A stretch of DNA of 64,000 nucleotides from a virus, in IMG/VR virus record IMGVR_UViG_3300045988_176782, positions 32,001 to 96,000 of that record. One strand, given 5' to 3'. A program made the position numbers and the translations under genes. Positions within the stretch are counted from its first letter, which is position 1, and each line of letters begins with the position of its first letter. Below the pieces are notes generated by a model that did not search any database, had not been told where the DNA came from, and was given only the letters and a program-made list of their open reading frames with translations. Of this stretch, positions 41,201 through 49,026 are shown in pieces.

Positions 41201-42517
41201 TCCATTCGTTGCTTTTGCAAGCCAGTTCTGCCAGCAGTTTCACATTTATTACAAATATCTAAATTACCACGTTTAGCCCGCTTCTTAAAATTACTGGCCA
41301 CTTTAAAAGTGAAATGAGAACCACATTTATTACAAACAATTTCACATGGATTTTCTGTACCATTAAAAGTTACAAAATCAAAATCAGATGTGGGTAAAGC
41401 TTCTTGTAAAATATCATGATATTCTTGTTGAGTATATTTCATATTAAATCCTCCTTATTAGTTGCTGATTGCCCATTAGCAAGCCCTTAGCGTTGCCGCT
41501 TAGGCTCATCCAAAAACTTATTTCTGCTTTCGCTCCGTCATAATTTAAGGTAAATTATTGTGGCATTTTGGCTTTAGGGGTTTCCAGCAGTTAACCGAAT
41601 TCTATAACTATATTACTATAGTTTCGCGCAAATCTACGTGCAAAGCTGTCCATATCAAAAGTCGCGCTCATTCGCTGTTCATTAAGAAACTTCTTATTAA
41701 GCAAACCATAATGCACAGGTAACTCATATGAACTGCCACAGACAAAATAATCGTCTGGGTCAATTACTTCATTAACTACTAGTTCAATTAATTTTTCATA
41801 AGCAAAGGTAGTTTTGCTACCCGCACTAGTAATATAAATTTGTTGGGCGTGAGGTTCGTCCGCATTCACGAAACCATTTACTTGAGGCCTAGGTACATTC
41901 ATCATGGGGATTATTACCTCATTCAGCAAAGTCCCATCTATCAAGGCAGCTTCCTCAACTACGCCACCCGTTGCACGCTAGCCACGACTTGAAGCAGAAA
42001 GAGCAAGAACGTGGAAAATGGAACCATTCTTAAATTTCATTTCAATATAATCGGTGCTTTGCTTTAAATATTCAAGCTCGTTTTTAAGTAGCGGCCACCA
42101 ACGAAAGATTTCTTCTATTTTTTGTTTTGCAATATCCAAAGATGCTTTTTTGTATTGAGAAACCAAAAAGCGCTTACTATTGGGTAGAAATATGCAAGAC
42201 AAGATTTGAGAGAGTATAGCAATGAAAGACTTTGAAGTTGCGCGTGTGAATGACCCGAAGAAGTATCTGTATCGCGCGCACGCTCGCAACATAACCCTCT
42301 GATAATACATTAATTTAATTGGACAATCGCGGCTTGAAATCATATCTAAAAAAAGGTCAGGGTAAAGCCGCCACTTCTCACAATAATATTGGATTAGGTC
42401 TTCATTCTATTCTACCCATCGTTCATCAAGCACAACACCTTTTTCTACTGGTATGCCGTCTCGTAGAACATTACCATTAACACGGAAGCTGTCAATTGGA
42501 TTAGTTAATTGCGTCAT
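38241..42517 (-). CDS. terL: terminase large subunit, join(42517..41636,40373..40234,38985..38241), 588 aa, 4 in-frame TAG
   Basis: GSFTRATSKSF (Walker A-like) ... SSRG-TAG-RATGGVVEEAALI (Walker B region) ... DSFAR|ESQSIWTGSNSDSWF ... KMFYIISV|DVARTGNNDTSVMIIKV (nuclease domain). Junctions obey U(-1)/omega-G. P1 of the downstream intron is perfect (UUCGGU pairs with GCCGA). Confidence 0.8.
38986..40233 (-). mobile_element. group I intron with zinc-ribbon/Vsr-like endonuclease (TerL intron 2)
   Basis: P AAAAGCTGGGAACCCC, Q CAATCAGCACC, R GGTTCAACGACTAT, S GATGAAAATATAGTCTAA. P2 is CTCTTG/CAAGAG. The intron ends ...AAATAATAATG. Confidence 0.8.
39046..40032 (-). CDS. intron-encoded endonuclease: multiple CxxC zinc ribbons plus C-terminal Vsr/DUF559-like PD-(D/E)XK domain (328 aa, 1 TAG)
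   Basis: CLTCGE...CEC, CEKC...CPFC and CPRC pairs, then YRYDFYIPEYNLIIEYHGEQHY (the D...E-x-x-G-x-Q-H pattern of Vsr-like nucleases). TAG at 39106. The ORF ends ...DENIV* inside the S element. Confidence 0.7.
40374..41635 (-). mobile_element. group I intron with zinc-ribbon/Vsr-like endonuclease (TerL intron 1)
   Basis: P TTAACTGCTGGAAACCCC, Q CAATCAGCAAC, R AGCTCAACGACTAA, S GGTGAAGATATAGTCTTA. P2 is AACTATA/TATAGTT. The 5' site after ...GCACGU is supported by protein continuity (FAR|ESQSIW). Confidence 0.75.
40483..41442 (-). CDS. intron-encoded endonuclease, paralogue of 39046-40032 (319 aa)
   Basis: Same architecture: CNKCGS...CNKC, CRKCGH...CPWC, CPRC, then LRFDFYLEKSNKKYAIEYNGIQHY. 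RBS AAGGAGG. Confidence 0.7.
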   Translation of the reverse strand: MKYTQQEYHDILQEALPTSDFDFVTFNGTENPCEIVCNKCGSHFTFKVASNFKKRAKRGNLDICNKCETAGRTGLQKQRMEIIKNSSLIPLDFAIEDIRWSWKEKIDWQCRKCGHTFSRAPFAVSYTEEGTKCPWCEANFALLNDEMIDYRIEQTWGNEYTRVAPTTHNSKHQRRFKVRHNQCGFIWEVDCYHFLKERTGCPRCRASKGERKVREYLQKYNFIFEEQKIIPCGEHRVLRFDFYLEKSNKKYAIEYNGIQHYQPVKWFGGEQAFLKQQQCDKDKAEYCKNNDIILIKIPYNDETLLNSDLLAQRLNEQAL

Positions 42518-43689
42518 CGTCATCATCCTCCAGGTCCATAGTATCTTCATATTCTATGGAACGAAGAGTTTCTTCTTCGGTGTCGGTATCTTCGTAGCTG
42601 CCGGTTTGTTCTAAGCGGTCAGCCAATTCAAGTTGCTTGCGGCGGTCTTCAACCTAATCGCCAATGCTACTTTCATTTTGCACCAAACGCTTAAGATGGT
42701 CTTGGATACATTTTATAGTAAAGTCTGCACTATCTTGCGGCTCAGTATGCCAATTCATCTTTTTGCCGCGTTTCTCCAAGTAAGTGAATAATTCACCTAC
42801 ACTGTCAAAATCGCCGGTTGATTTGCTGTTTTTCGGTTCAAAACCTTCAGCTTTGATAATATTATGATACATCATAAAATTTAAAAGAGTTCGCTAAGCT
42901 CTTCCCATGGGGCTGCATATTACTATGCAGATTAGACTATATCATCACCTTGCGGTGTTTCCCGTTTCAGCCCGCTTGGGCTTACGCCTTTCGGCTAGTC
43001 GTTGAACGTCCCTTATAAAAATAAGGTTTCGCTGCTGATTGACCATTGTTGTATGGTGTTCCCAGCAATTAGAGAAATTTTACATGGACGTGTATCAGTT
43101 CATCCATTTCTTTTTTAGCGTCTTGACCACTACGGATTTTCTTATTAATTAAGAGTCCGACCTCGCACAGTCTCTTGGCATCGTCGCGCTAAGTTGCTGT
43201 TACAAGGTTTTGCGTAGCAAGTAAATCATTATATAAATCTTCCAAATAATGATAATCTTCAACTGTTCTTTCAATTTCGGCGGGCCATTTTCGTTGCATT
43301 CTTAGCATAAAGGCTTCATCTGCGCCATCTAAAAAGTCGCCTAATGTTCCAAAACTTTCCTCTTCCTTCCACTTCTCATTCATTGTTTCCCAATCAACAG
43401 ATTGGTAAGTTGGATTTTCACTAATTTGTTTGGCGTAAAGGTGAAGTGTGCGCTCTTTTCCGGAGCGTGCTAACTTCGTCCAAAGCTCCACACTAAATGG
43501 CCAGTCAAGCCACTACATCAACTTATTAACTGCGGCCAGGTCATCGTATGGAACCATACGCTCCAAACAATCAGTACAAAAGAGGCTTGTGCCCGCGACT
43601 TGGAAGGGGCTTTTGGTTTTTAGATATTCGGTTTGGGTTTTTTCTATCTTGCATTTTGGGCAGCGTCTTGTTTTTTCTATTCCTGCCAT
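42501..43689 (-). CDS. putative small terminase / packaging protein with N-terminal zinc ribbon, join(43689..43102,42872..42501), 319 aa
   Basis: ATG 43689 follows GGAGG. RRCPKCK...CTDC, TAG at 43513, 43189 and 42654, acidic tail ...EDTMDLEDDDDDAIN*. It overlaps the TerL start. The TerS role is inferred from position only. Confidence 0.5.
42873..43101 (-). mobile_element. group I intron, ORF-less, 229 nt
   Basis: P TAATTGCTGGGAACAC, Q CAATCAGCAGCG, R CGTTCAACGACTAG, S GGTGATGATATAGTCTAA. P1 is perfect over 6 bp: exon AUGGAU pairs with GUCCAU (U-G at the site). The intron ends ...AATTTTATG. Confidence 0.8.
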
Positions 43690-45005
43690 TATTGAGTTTC
43701 CTCCTATTTTTTACAGTTTGCTTCTTTGCGTTGGCGCCGCATTTTTTGGCACACCTTACACTATACACAATAACCGGTTTTGGTCGCTTTGTTGCGTCCA
43801 TAATAGAGTTCGTGAAGTGGTTTAAGTTGTCCGCAACAAGTGCACCGTTGGAGAGGAATTTTTTTTGTTTCTGTATCGCTTTGTATCCGCAAAATAGTGG
43901 CGGTTTTAGCGATTTTTTGAGGAATTACTTTTTTCATTAGATTAGAAACTTGCTAATCAGATAAACAAAAACCTTCTTCAATTAAAATTTTTTGAATTAA
44001 TGCTATACTGCGGTGTGCAACACGTTGGCGCAATAGGAAGGTTTCAAGGTCGGTTAATTTCGTATTTTCAATAAGGCGTTCTAAGTCCCAACAAATCATT
44101 CGTGTGGTGCTGTCAGGGTGGGGATAAGAGCGCTTTAAGAGAGAAACATAATTATCAAGTAGGGCGATGATGTGTTCGTAATTTTCGTAATTTAATTTAT
44201 TGTCGGAAATCTTCCAATACATTTTAGAAGCAGAGTTGCGTTCTGCGTCCTCATAGGAAGGTTGCTCGGTGTCGTAGGGTTTTGGTTTGCGTTTGCGGAC
44301 GCACCATTCTTCTTCCTCAAGCCATAGGCCGGTGTTGCTTTCAAAATCAACTGGGCCTTTGGTTGGCGGCGCAATATTAAAGAAATGGAGGGTTGGATTA
44401 TATGAATCTTTAATGTAGTATTGTTGGCGGCGCAAATCAATTAAAAGATGTTGCATTTTATACAACTAATACTTCGTAATGGGGTGCGCCCTTACCCATT
44501 CGTCAGGCGGAATTTTGCCTCTATACATATCATAATGCAAAGAAATGCGGTCAATAGATTTCCAAAGTTCCCTCATAAAAGGTATTTCGTTTCCTTCATT
44601 GTCAAAGTCGTCGCCATATTCTAAAATGTTGCCGTTTTCATCGTATTTGGTGCGGCGAATTTCCTACTTAAAAACTTTGTAGGGGGATTTGTTTTCGGGG
44701 GAGACGGGTTTGGCGTTGTTTTCTATGTCTTGCGCCACAACCGGGTCTTCCAGGAGCGTGTCAAGGGATTCAGTTTCTTCGGCTTTGGTTTGGAAACTGC
44801 TGTAGCGGCGTTTAGGTTGGAGGATTTCTTTGGTGTCAACTACACTTAGATTTTGGTCGTCTTTGCCGTAGAGGATGTAATCCGCCATTTGCTCCAGGTC
44901 GGTGTGATTTGGGGTTTGGGGTAACTCATCCAATATTTCTGCTATGGCATCTATGCGGTCATAGGTTGAATATATATCGTAGTTTAAACTGTAAGCTTTT
45001 TTCAT
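43689..45005 (-). CDS. sigma-factor-like / late transcription regulator with C-terminal zinc ribbon (438 aa, 5 in-frame TAG)
   Basis: ATG 45005 follows AAAGGTGA. ORF-track pieces join in frame through TAG at 44664, 44466, 43953, 43761 and 43704 (gaps checked). ...TDLETFLLRQRVAHRSIALIQKILIEEGFCLSD-TAG-QVSNLMKKV resembles sigma region 4 (HTH). CTCCG...CVxCKVC tail. First gene of the late operon. Confidence 0.5.
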
Positions 45006-45099
45006 AGGGTCACCTTTTTTATTTTTCCCGGAAAGTATATCCGGGGTTAGGTTTGTTTTTTTGTTGTAGAGAAATTTGACTTCTTTTCTTTTTTGTTTT

Positions 45100-45128
45100 A
45101 TTTTAGAATAAAATTTTTGTTTTGTCAA
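45100..45128 (-). promoter_or_regulatory. promoter of the late-operon leader gene
   Basis: On the - strand: TTGACA (45128-45123), 17-nt spacer, TAAAAT (45105-45100), ~90 nt upstream of ATG 45005. Confidence 0.5.
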
Positions 45129-45221
45129 ATTTTTTGATAGGAGAAAGGGAAGAGAGTGGAAGAAGAAAACGAAAAATGAGTTCTGGCGGGAATTGACCAG
45201 ACCCGGCGTGTCTGGGCATTT

Positions 45222-45291
45222 GTCGTTTTTGGCCTCCCCGAAACCATACCCGCCATTGCCACATGTGGGAATGATAGCGGCCAAAAACGAC
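45222..45291. repeat. 70-nt nested palindrome in the divergent control region
   Basis: GTCGTTTTTGGCC (45222-34) pairs with GGCCAAAAACGAC (45279-91). It encloses the perfect palindrome CCACATGTGG (45259-68). A second hairpin, CCAGAC/GTCTGG, lies at 45197-45215. Confidence 0.6.
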
Positions 45292-45307
45292 AAATTCGCT
45301 TATTTTT

Positions 45308-45362
45308 TTTGTTCATAGTTTGTTTACAGTTTGTTCATAGTTTGTTTACAGTTTGTTCATAA
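45308..45362 (+). repeat. five tandem 11-bp iterons (TTTGTTCATAG / TTTGTTTACAG alternating)
   Basis: Exact units at 45308, 45319, 45330, 45341 and 45352. They end 8 nt before the -35 of the first early promoter. The period is one helical turn. Confidence 0.85.
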
Positions 45363-45369
45363 AAAACTA

Positions 45370-45398
45370 TTGCATTATTCTGCCGTTTATGATAATAT
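45370..45398 (+). promoter_or_regulatory. first early promoter (extended -10)
   Basis: TTGCAT 45370-75, 17-nt spacer, TGaTAATAT with -10 at 45393-98. A ~175-nt structured leader precedes ATG 45580. Confidence 0.65.
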
Positions 45399-45579
45399 AT
45401 AACCGTGCTCAAAAGAAAGCACAAGCCGGGAACGGAAACTAACGGGAACGGCTTGCAATTTGAAAACTAAATAGCCGGAACCCTTGTATGTTGAGCGAGT
45501 GCCTAGAAGTAGGTGAAACACTTGCGAGGAAAACAGACAAGGCAAGCGGAAACATAAAAAAAGAAAGAAGGTTTTCACA

Positions 45580-46245
45580 ATGGCAAAAATGGGAAAAAAG
45601 CAAACAGCAGAAAAAATCAATCAGTACGCGGCACTATCGCATGATAAGCTGCAAAGCGGCAGCAAAGACACGGCAATTTTGCCCAAATGGGTTGAGACTG
45701 TCAATCGCTGTGCATGTAATGGCGAGCGGCTCGCCGTCAATGACGTAAAAGCTCGTAAAGCGGATAAAACTGATATTATCATGATCATCAATGGAAAGCG
45801 CTGCAAAGTTGAGGTAAAATGCAGCGCTGGAGCTGTTTTTTATGCGAAAAAAGACGGCTTCGGAAATGCGCTGGACTTGCCGGAAACACTGGATAATTTT
45901 AATGAATCGGATATTTTGCCTGACGCTGATTTTGTTATCTACACGCCGGACACGTTTTCAGAATGGCTTGAAAACCCTGCACAGGTTATAAAAAGCTGTT
46001 TTGTAATGACGCGCCAAGATTTTATTGGATTGTTACTTGCCACAACGAAAGGCAAAAACTACGGTTTGAAAATTGACAAGGCGCGCGGACAAGTCACAAT
46101 GTGCAACATGGTGGATAAAAAGCGGAATAAAGAAACGGGCGAAATCAAGTACTACACCAGTCGGCTGGATAGAGCATGGGATTATATCGAATCCCACAAT
46201 TTCCCCACCGTGGAAAGCTGGCTCAAGGAATTGGGAAGGCTATAA
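45580..46245 (+). CDS. early protein with PD-(D/E)XK nuclease-like motif (221 aa)
   Basis: RBS GAAAGAAGG. ...KTDIIMIINGKRCKVEVKCSAGA fits D...(E)xK of restriction-endonuclease-like folds. The function is tentative. Confidence 0.6.
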   Translation: MAKMGKKQTAEKINQYAALSHDKLQSGSKDTAILPKWVETVNRCACNGERLAVNDVKARKADKTDIIMIINGKRCKVEVKCSAGAVFYAKKDGFGNALDLPETLDNFNESDILPDADFVIYTPDTFSEWLENPAQVIKSCFVMTRQDFIGLLLATTKGKNYGLKIDKARGQVTMCNMVDKKRNKETGEIKYYTSRLDRAWDYIESHNFPTVESWLKELGRL

Positions 46246-46290
46246 AAGCCTTCCCCTTCTTCCCACATTAAAAGAAAAGAGGTTAATAAA

Positions 46291-46464
46291 ATGAAGCTGG
46301 CTATTATCACCACTTGTCCTATTGGTAAAAAGATTCGCAACCGGCCGGGCTGGTATTTGGTGCGAATTGATGAAGTTGGCGCCGCATGTGCCTACGCTGA
46401 AATGTTAGCAGAAAAGCTAGACAAGTTGCCTGGTAGTTGGCTGGTTGATACGGTCAAGGCGTAA
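46291..46464 (+). CDS. small early protein (57 aa)
   Basis: ATG 46291 with stop TAA 46462-64 in a hairpin loop (GGTCAAGGC GTAA GCCTTGACC). Below the ORF-track size cutoff. Confidence 0.5.
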   Translation: MKLAIITTCPIGKKIRNRPGWYLVRIDEVGAACAYAEMLAEKLDKLPGSWLVDTVKA

Positions 46465-46497
46465 GCCTTGACCGACTTTATAGAAAGGTGGTTTACA

Positions 46498-46656
46498 ATG
46501 GTACTTCTAAAATGGTATGTAATGGGCTTGCTCAGACGATTGATAGGAACAGGAACGGCGCTCGCACTTGCTCAATGGGCAATCAGAAAGCTACGGAAAC
46601 ACCGGGAAGAAATAAAGGCGCTCATATTGAAAAAGCTAAATAAAGGGAAGGCGTAA
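46498..46656 (+). CDS. small membrane protein (52 aa)
   Basis: ATG 46498 follows AAAGGTGG. One hydrophobic helix, then a basic tail. Stop in a hairpin loop. Confidence 0.5.
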   Translation: MVLLKWYVMGLLRRLIGTGTALALAQWAIRKLRKHREEIKALILKKLNKGKA

Positions 46657-46692
46657 AGCCTTCCCTCCAATTCTGAAAGAGAGGTTAATAAA

Positions 46693-46920
46693 ATGAAAAA
46701 TTCAAACTACTATTCTAGGAAAATTCTTCATCAAGAAATCAAGTATTTGCATGGGTTACTTGAGCAACTTGAGCTTAAAAACAACCTACTTCATAAAGTC
46801 GCCGTCAAACATGGCTATACAACCATTATTGATATAAGCATAAATGCGAACAACCTAAATTGCAACTATTATCAAGGGCGATTGACGGGCATCAAGTTGG
46901 CATTAAAACTAATGCAATAA
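46693..46920 (+). CDS. hypothetical early protein (75 aa)
   Basis: RBS AGAGAGG. Last gene of the first early operon. Confidence 0.55.
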   Translation: MKNSNYYSRKILHQEIKYLHGLLEQLELKNNLLHKVAVKHGYTTIIDISINANNLNCNYYQGRLTGIKLALKLMQ

Positions 46921-46925
46921 AAGAA

Positions 46926-46951
46926 GAAGGGCGAAGGCCCTTTCTTTTTTT
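46926..46951 (+). terminator. rho-independent terminator of the first early operon
   Basis: AAGGGC GAAG GCCCTT followed by TTCTTTTTTT. Confidence 0.7.
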
Positions 46952-46961
46952 AGCATATAGG

Positions 46962-47092
46962 CGAACATATGTTCGGCGAATGTATGTTCGTATAGGAATA
47001 TATGAACAGTCATTCATATGAACAACCATTCATATATAAAGAATGAATATTCATACATGTATATACAATGTATATTTTGGCCATATTCATAC
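46962..47092. repeat. cluster of TTCATA/TATGAA boxes and palindromes
   Basis: CGAACATATGTTCG (46962-75, perfect palindrome) and CGAATGTATGTTCG (46977-90). TATGAACA at 47001 and 47017. ATTCATAT at 47012 and 47028. TGAATATTCA at 47043-52. ATTCATA at 47084. They share the GTTCATA core of the 45308 iterons. Confidence 0.7.
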
Positions 47093-47113
47093 CAGAAAAG
47101 ACAAAGATTTTTT

Positions 47114-47132
47114 CCTTATGTTAAACATAAGG
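47114..47132 (+). repeat. early-cassette palindrome copy 1
   Basis: CCTTATGTTAAACATAAGG flanked by T-run and A-run. Followed by TTGCGC-17-TGcTATAAT (47142-47170) and gene 47203. Confidence 0.9.
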
Positions 47133-47202
47133 AAAAGAAACTTGCGCTTTTATGCAAAGTATGCTATAATAAGGCGAAGCCGATAGAAAGAAGGTATCTA
47201 CC

Positions 47203-47433
47203 ATGTATAACTATGCACCCACTGCATCACTTTACCATGCTAAAGCGCTCACCCACCATGTCAATGTGCACCGTTTGCGCCTGCGCCGTTCCTACCACAG
47301 CGTTATTAACTGGCAGGGCGCGGGACATTACGGTTGCGAGCTGGGCTGGAAGCTGCTGAAGCTGCTATTGGTCGGAGCTGGAGCTGCTTCCTTCCCCGTT
47401 GCGTTTATCCTTTGGTGGTTCGGCATTGTATAA
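47203..47433 (+). CDS. small early protein with C-terminal TM helix (76 aa)
   Basis: RBS GAAAGAAGG. Sits downstream of cassette 1. The overlapping ORF 47018-47359 spans the promoter and is rejected. Confidence 0.55.
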   Translation: MYNYAPTASLYHAKALTHHVNVHRLRLRRSYHSVINWQGAGHYGCELGWKLLKLLLVGAGAASFPVAFILWWFGIV

Positions 47434-47454
47434 TGCCGAACTGCATTTGATTTT

Positions 47455-47473
47455 CCTTATGTTAGACATAAAG
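47455..47473 (+). repeat. early-cassette palindrome copy 2
   Basis: CCTTATGTTAGACATAAAG. Followed by TTTACA-17-TATAAT (47483-47511) and gene 47558. Confidence 0.9.
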
Positions 47474-47557
47474 AAAAAAGACTTTACAAAATCTCAAAAC
47501 TATAATATAATATAATCAACCCGAAAGGGCATAATTTAGAAAGAAGGTTAAACTATA

Positions 47558-47839
47558 ATGATGAACGCCGCCGCCGCTATGCGCAAGATAACCGAAACTG
47601 CTCGTTTGGATTTAGGCACGCAAGTCATAGACCATTGGATTGAGACAGTGGTTATTCCCGAAATGAAAGAACTGGCCGAACTCGGACTTTCCAATTATGT
47701 AGTTAATAATTGTCCCACTTTTCGCGATACAGAAATCAATAAGCAACTTTGCCAATATACTGGAAAAATTCTCAATGAAAACGGATACGACTACAGCACC
47801 AACAAAGAAAAAACCAAAATTGCAATCATCTATTGGTAA
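47558..47839 (+). CDS. hypothetical early protein (93 aa)
   Basis: Cassette gene with RBS GAAAGAAGG. The stop lies in the arm of a hairpin. Confidence 0.6.
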   Translation: MMNAAAAMRKITETARLDLGTQVIDHWIETVVIPEMKELAELGLSNYVVNNCPTFRDTEINKQLCQYTGKILNENGYDYSTNKEKTKIAIIYW

Positions 47840-47875
47840 GGCGCGAGCCTTACCATTTTATTTCATTTTCTTTTT

Positions 47876-47894
47876 CCTTATGTTAAACATAAAG
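47876..47894 (+). repeat. early-cassette palindrome copy 3
   Basis: CCTTATGTTAAACATAAAG. Followed by TTGCAA-17-TGtTATCAT, 5' hairpin GTTCC..GGAAC (47940-52) and gene 47985. Confidence 0.9.
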
Positions 47895-47984
47895 AAAAAA
47901 CCTATTGCAATTCTCCCAAAACTATGTTATCATATAATCGTTCCAAGGGAACACACCAATTACATTCTGAAAGGGGTTTATACT

Positions 47985-48176
47985 ATGTTTAGCGCTTACT
48001 ATGCTCCCGCCACCGTTTCCAAAGGGTATTTTGTTGATTCTGTTCTGCGCTCCACTTCCCGCCGTCTTTTGAAATACTTGGGCTGCGTCAATATTCAAAT
48101 TTCAAAAGTGGAAGATAATCGTTTTTTATCTTTCCTTTACTGCTCCGAACTATCCCGAAACCTTGAGCAAAATTGA
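47985..48176 (+). CDS. hypothetical early protein (63 aa)
   Basis: ATG 47985 follows GAAAGGGG. The ORF-track start at 47775 runs back through the previous gene and the promoter. Confidence 0.55.
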   Translation: MFSAYYAPATVSKGYFVDSVLRSTSRRLLKYLGCVNIQISKVEDNRFLSFLYCSELSRNLEQN

Positions 48177-48227
48177 ATTGGTTTTGGCCGCTTATGTCTA
48201 AGCGGCCACCTATTTCATTTTCTTTTT

Positions 48228-48246
48228 CCTTATGTTAGACATAAAG
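48228..48246 (+). repeat. early-cassette palindrome copy 4
   Basis: CCTTATGTTAGACATAAAG. Followed by TTGCGC-17-TGtTATACT, a 5' hairpin and gene 48332. Confidence 0.9.
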
Positions 48247-48331
48247 AAAAACCCCTTGCGCAAAACCCAAAACTATGTTATACTTGTATCGTTCCAAAGG
48301 GGAACAGAATTTATTGAAAGGTGGTCATACC

Positions 48332-48640
48332 ATGATTAACATTCGCACGATTCGCAAGCTCTCTAATAACGACGGTCTTACTCTCAAAAAAGGCAAGAAA
48401 ATTGCCTACAAAACCGGTTGGCAAGTAGCCGACCATGGTGTAGAATGCAAAACGCCGGAAGCTGCTATCAAAGCTGTGCGCGGGCTGGGCGGCGATTGTG
48501 GTATTTGGTACAGTGATGGAATTTACTATATTGACCACAGCTTCCGTGTAGATACCAAAAAGAAGGCGCTGGAAATTGGGCGGCGGCACAATCAGATTTC
48601 CGTTCTCGGTTGGCGTAAAATGAACTTGGCGTATTGCTAA
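48332..48640 (+). CDS. hypothetical early protein (102 aa)
   Basis: ATG 48332 follows GAAAGGTGG, in frame with ORF-track 48275. Stop in the hairpin GGCGTATT/AATACGCC. Confidence 0.6.
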   Translation: MINIRTIRKLSNNDGLTLKKGKKIAYKTGWQVADHGVECKTPEAAIKAVRGLGGDCGIWYSDGIYYIDHSFRVDTKKKALEIGRRHNQISVLGWRKMNLAYC

Positions 48641-48658
48641 TACGCCATCCCCTATTTT

Positions 48659-48677
48659 CCTTATGTTAAACATAAAG
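48659..48677 (+). repeat. early-cassette palindrome copy 5
   Basis: CCTTATGTTAAACATAAAG. Followed by TTGACA ... TATAAT and gene 48748. Confidence 0.9.
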
Positions 48678-48747
48678 AAAATAATCTTGACAACACTGTC
48701 CTATTTTAGTATAATACAATTACCAAATAACGAAAGGGGTTTTCACC

Positions 48748-48909
48748 ATGACGAATTACTACTACATCCACAACGAACACGGCTATCTTGTTACCTATGA
48801 CGAGATGATTGAAATTTGCCGCAACGAATATGATTGCGATGACCCTACTAATTCTCTAAGCTGGAAGGAATATTTCACCAAAACACGATATGTTGTGCCT
48901 TGCGAATAA
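48748..48909 (+). CDS. small early protein (53 aa)
   Basis: ATG follows GAAAGGGG. Stop TAA in the loop of CCTTGC/GCAAGG. Below the ORF-track cutoff. Confidence 0.5.
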   Translation: MTNYYYIHNEHGYLVTYDEMIEICRNEYDCDDPTNSLSWKEYFTKTRYVVPCE

Positions 48910-48924
48910 GCAAGGTCATATTTT

Positions 48925-48943
48925 CCTTATGTTTAACATAAAG
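48925..48943 (+). repeat. early-cassette palindrome copy 6
   Basis: CCTTATGTTTAACATAAAG. Followed by TTGCAC-17-TGtTATTAT, hairpin GTTCCAAAGGGAAC and gene 49027. Confidence 0.9.
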
Positions 48944-49026
48944 AAAAAGGTCTTGCACTTTCCGCGCCATTATGTTATTATGTAGGTGTTCCAAAGGGAA
49001 CGGAATAATGAAAGGTGGTTGTGATC

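Noticed and set aside
45006-45293. ORF 44664-45293 offers an N-terminal extension of the sigma-like gene.
   Set aside because: It would start at TTG with no RBS and translate the promoter and palindrome region into low-complexity sequence. ATG 45005 has a good RBS.
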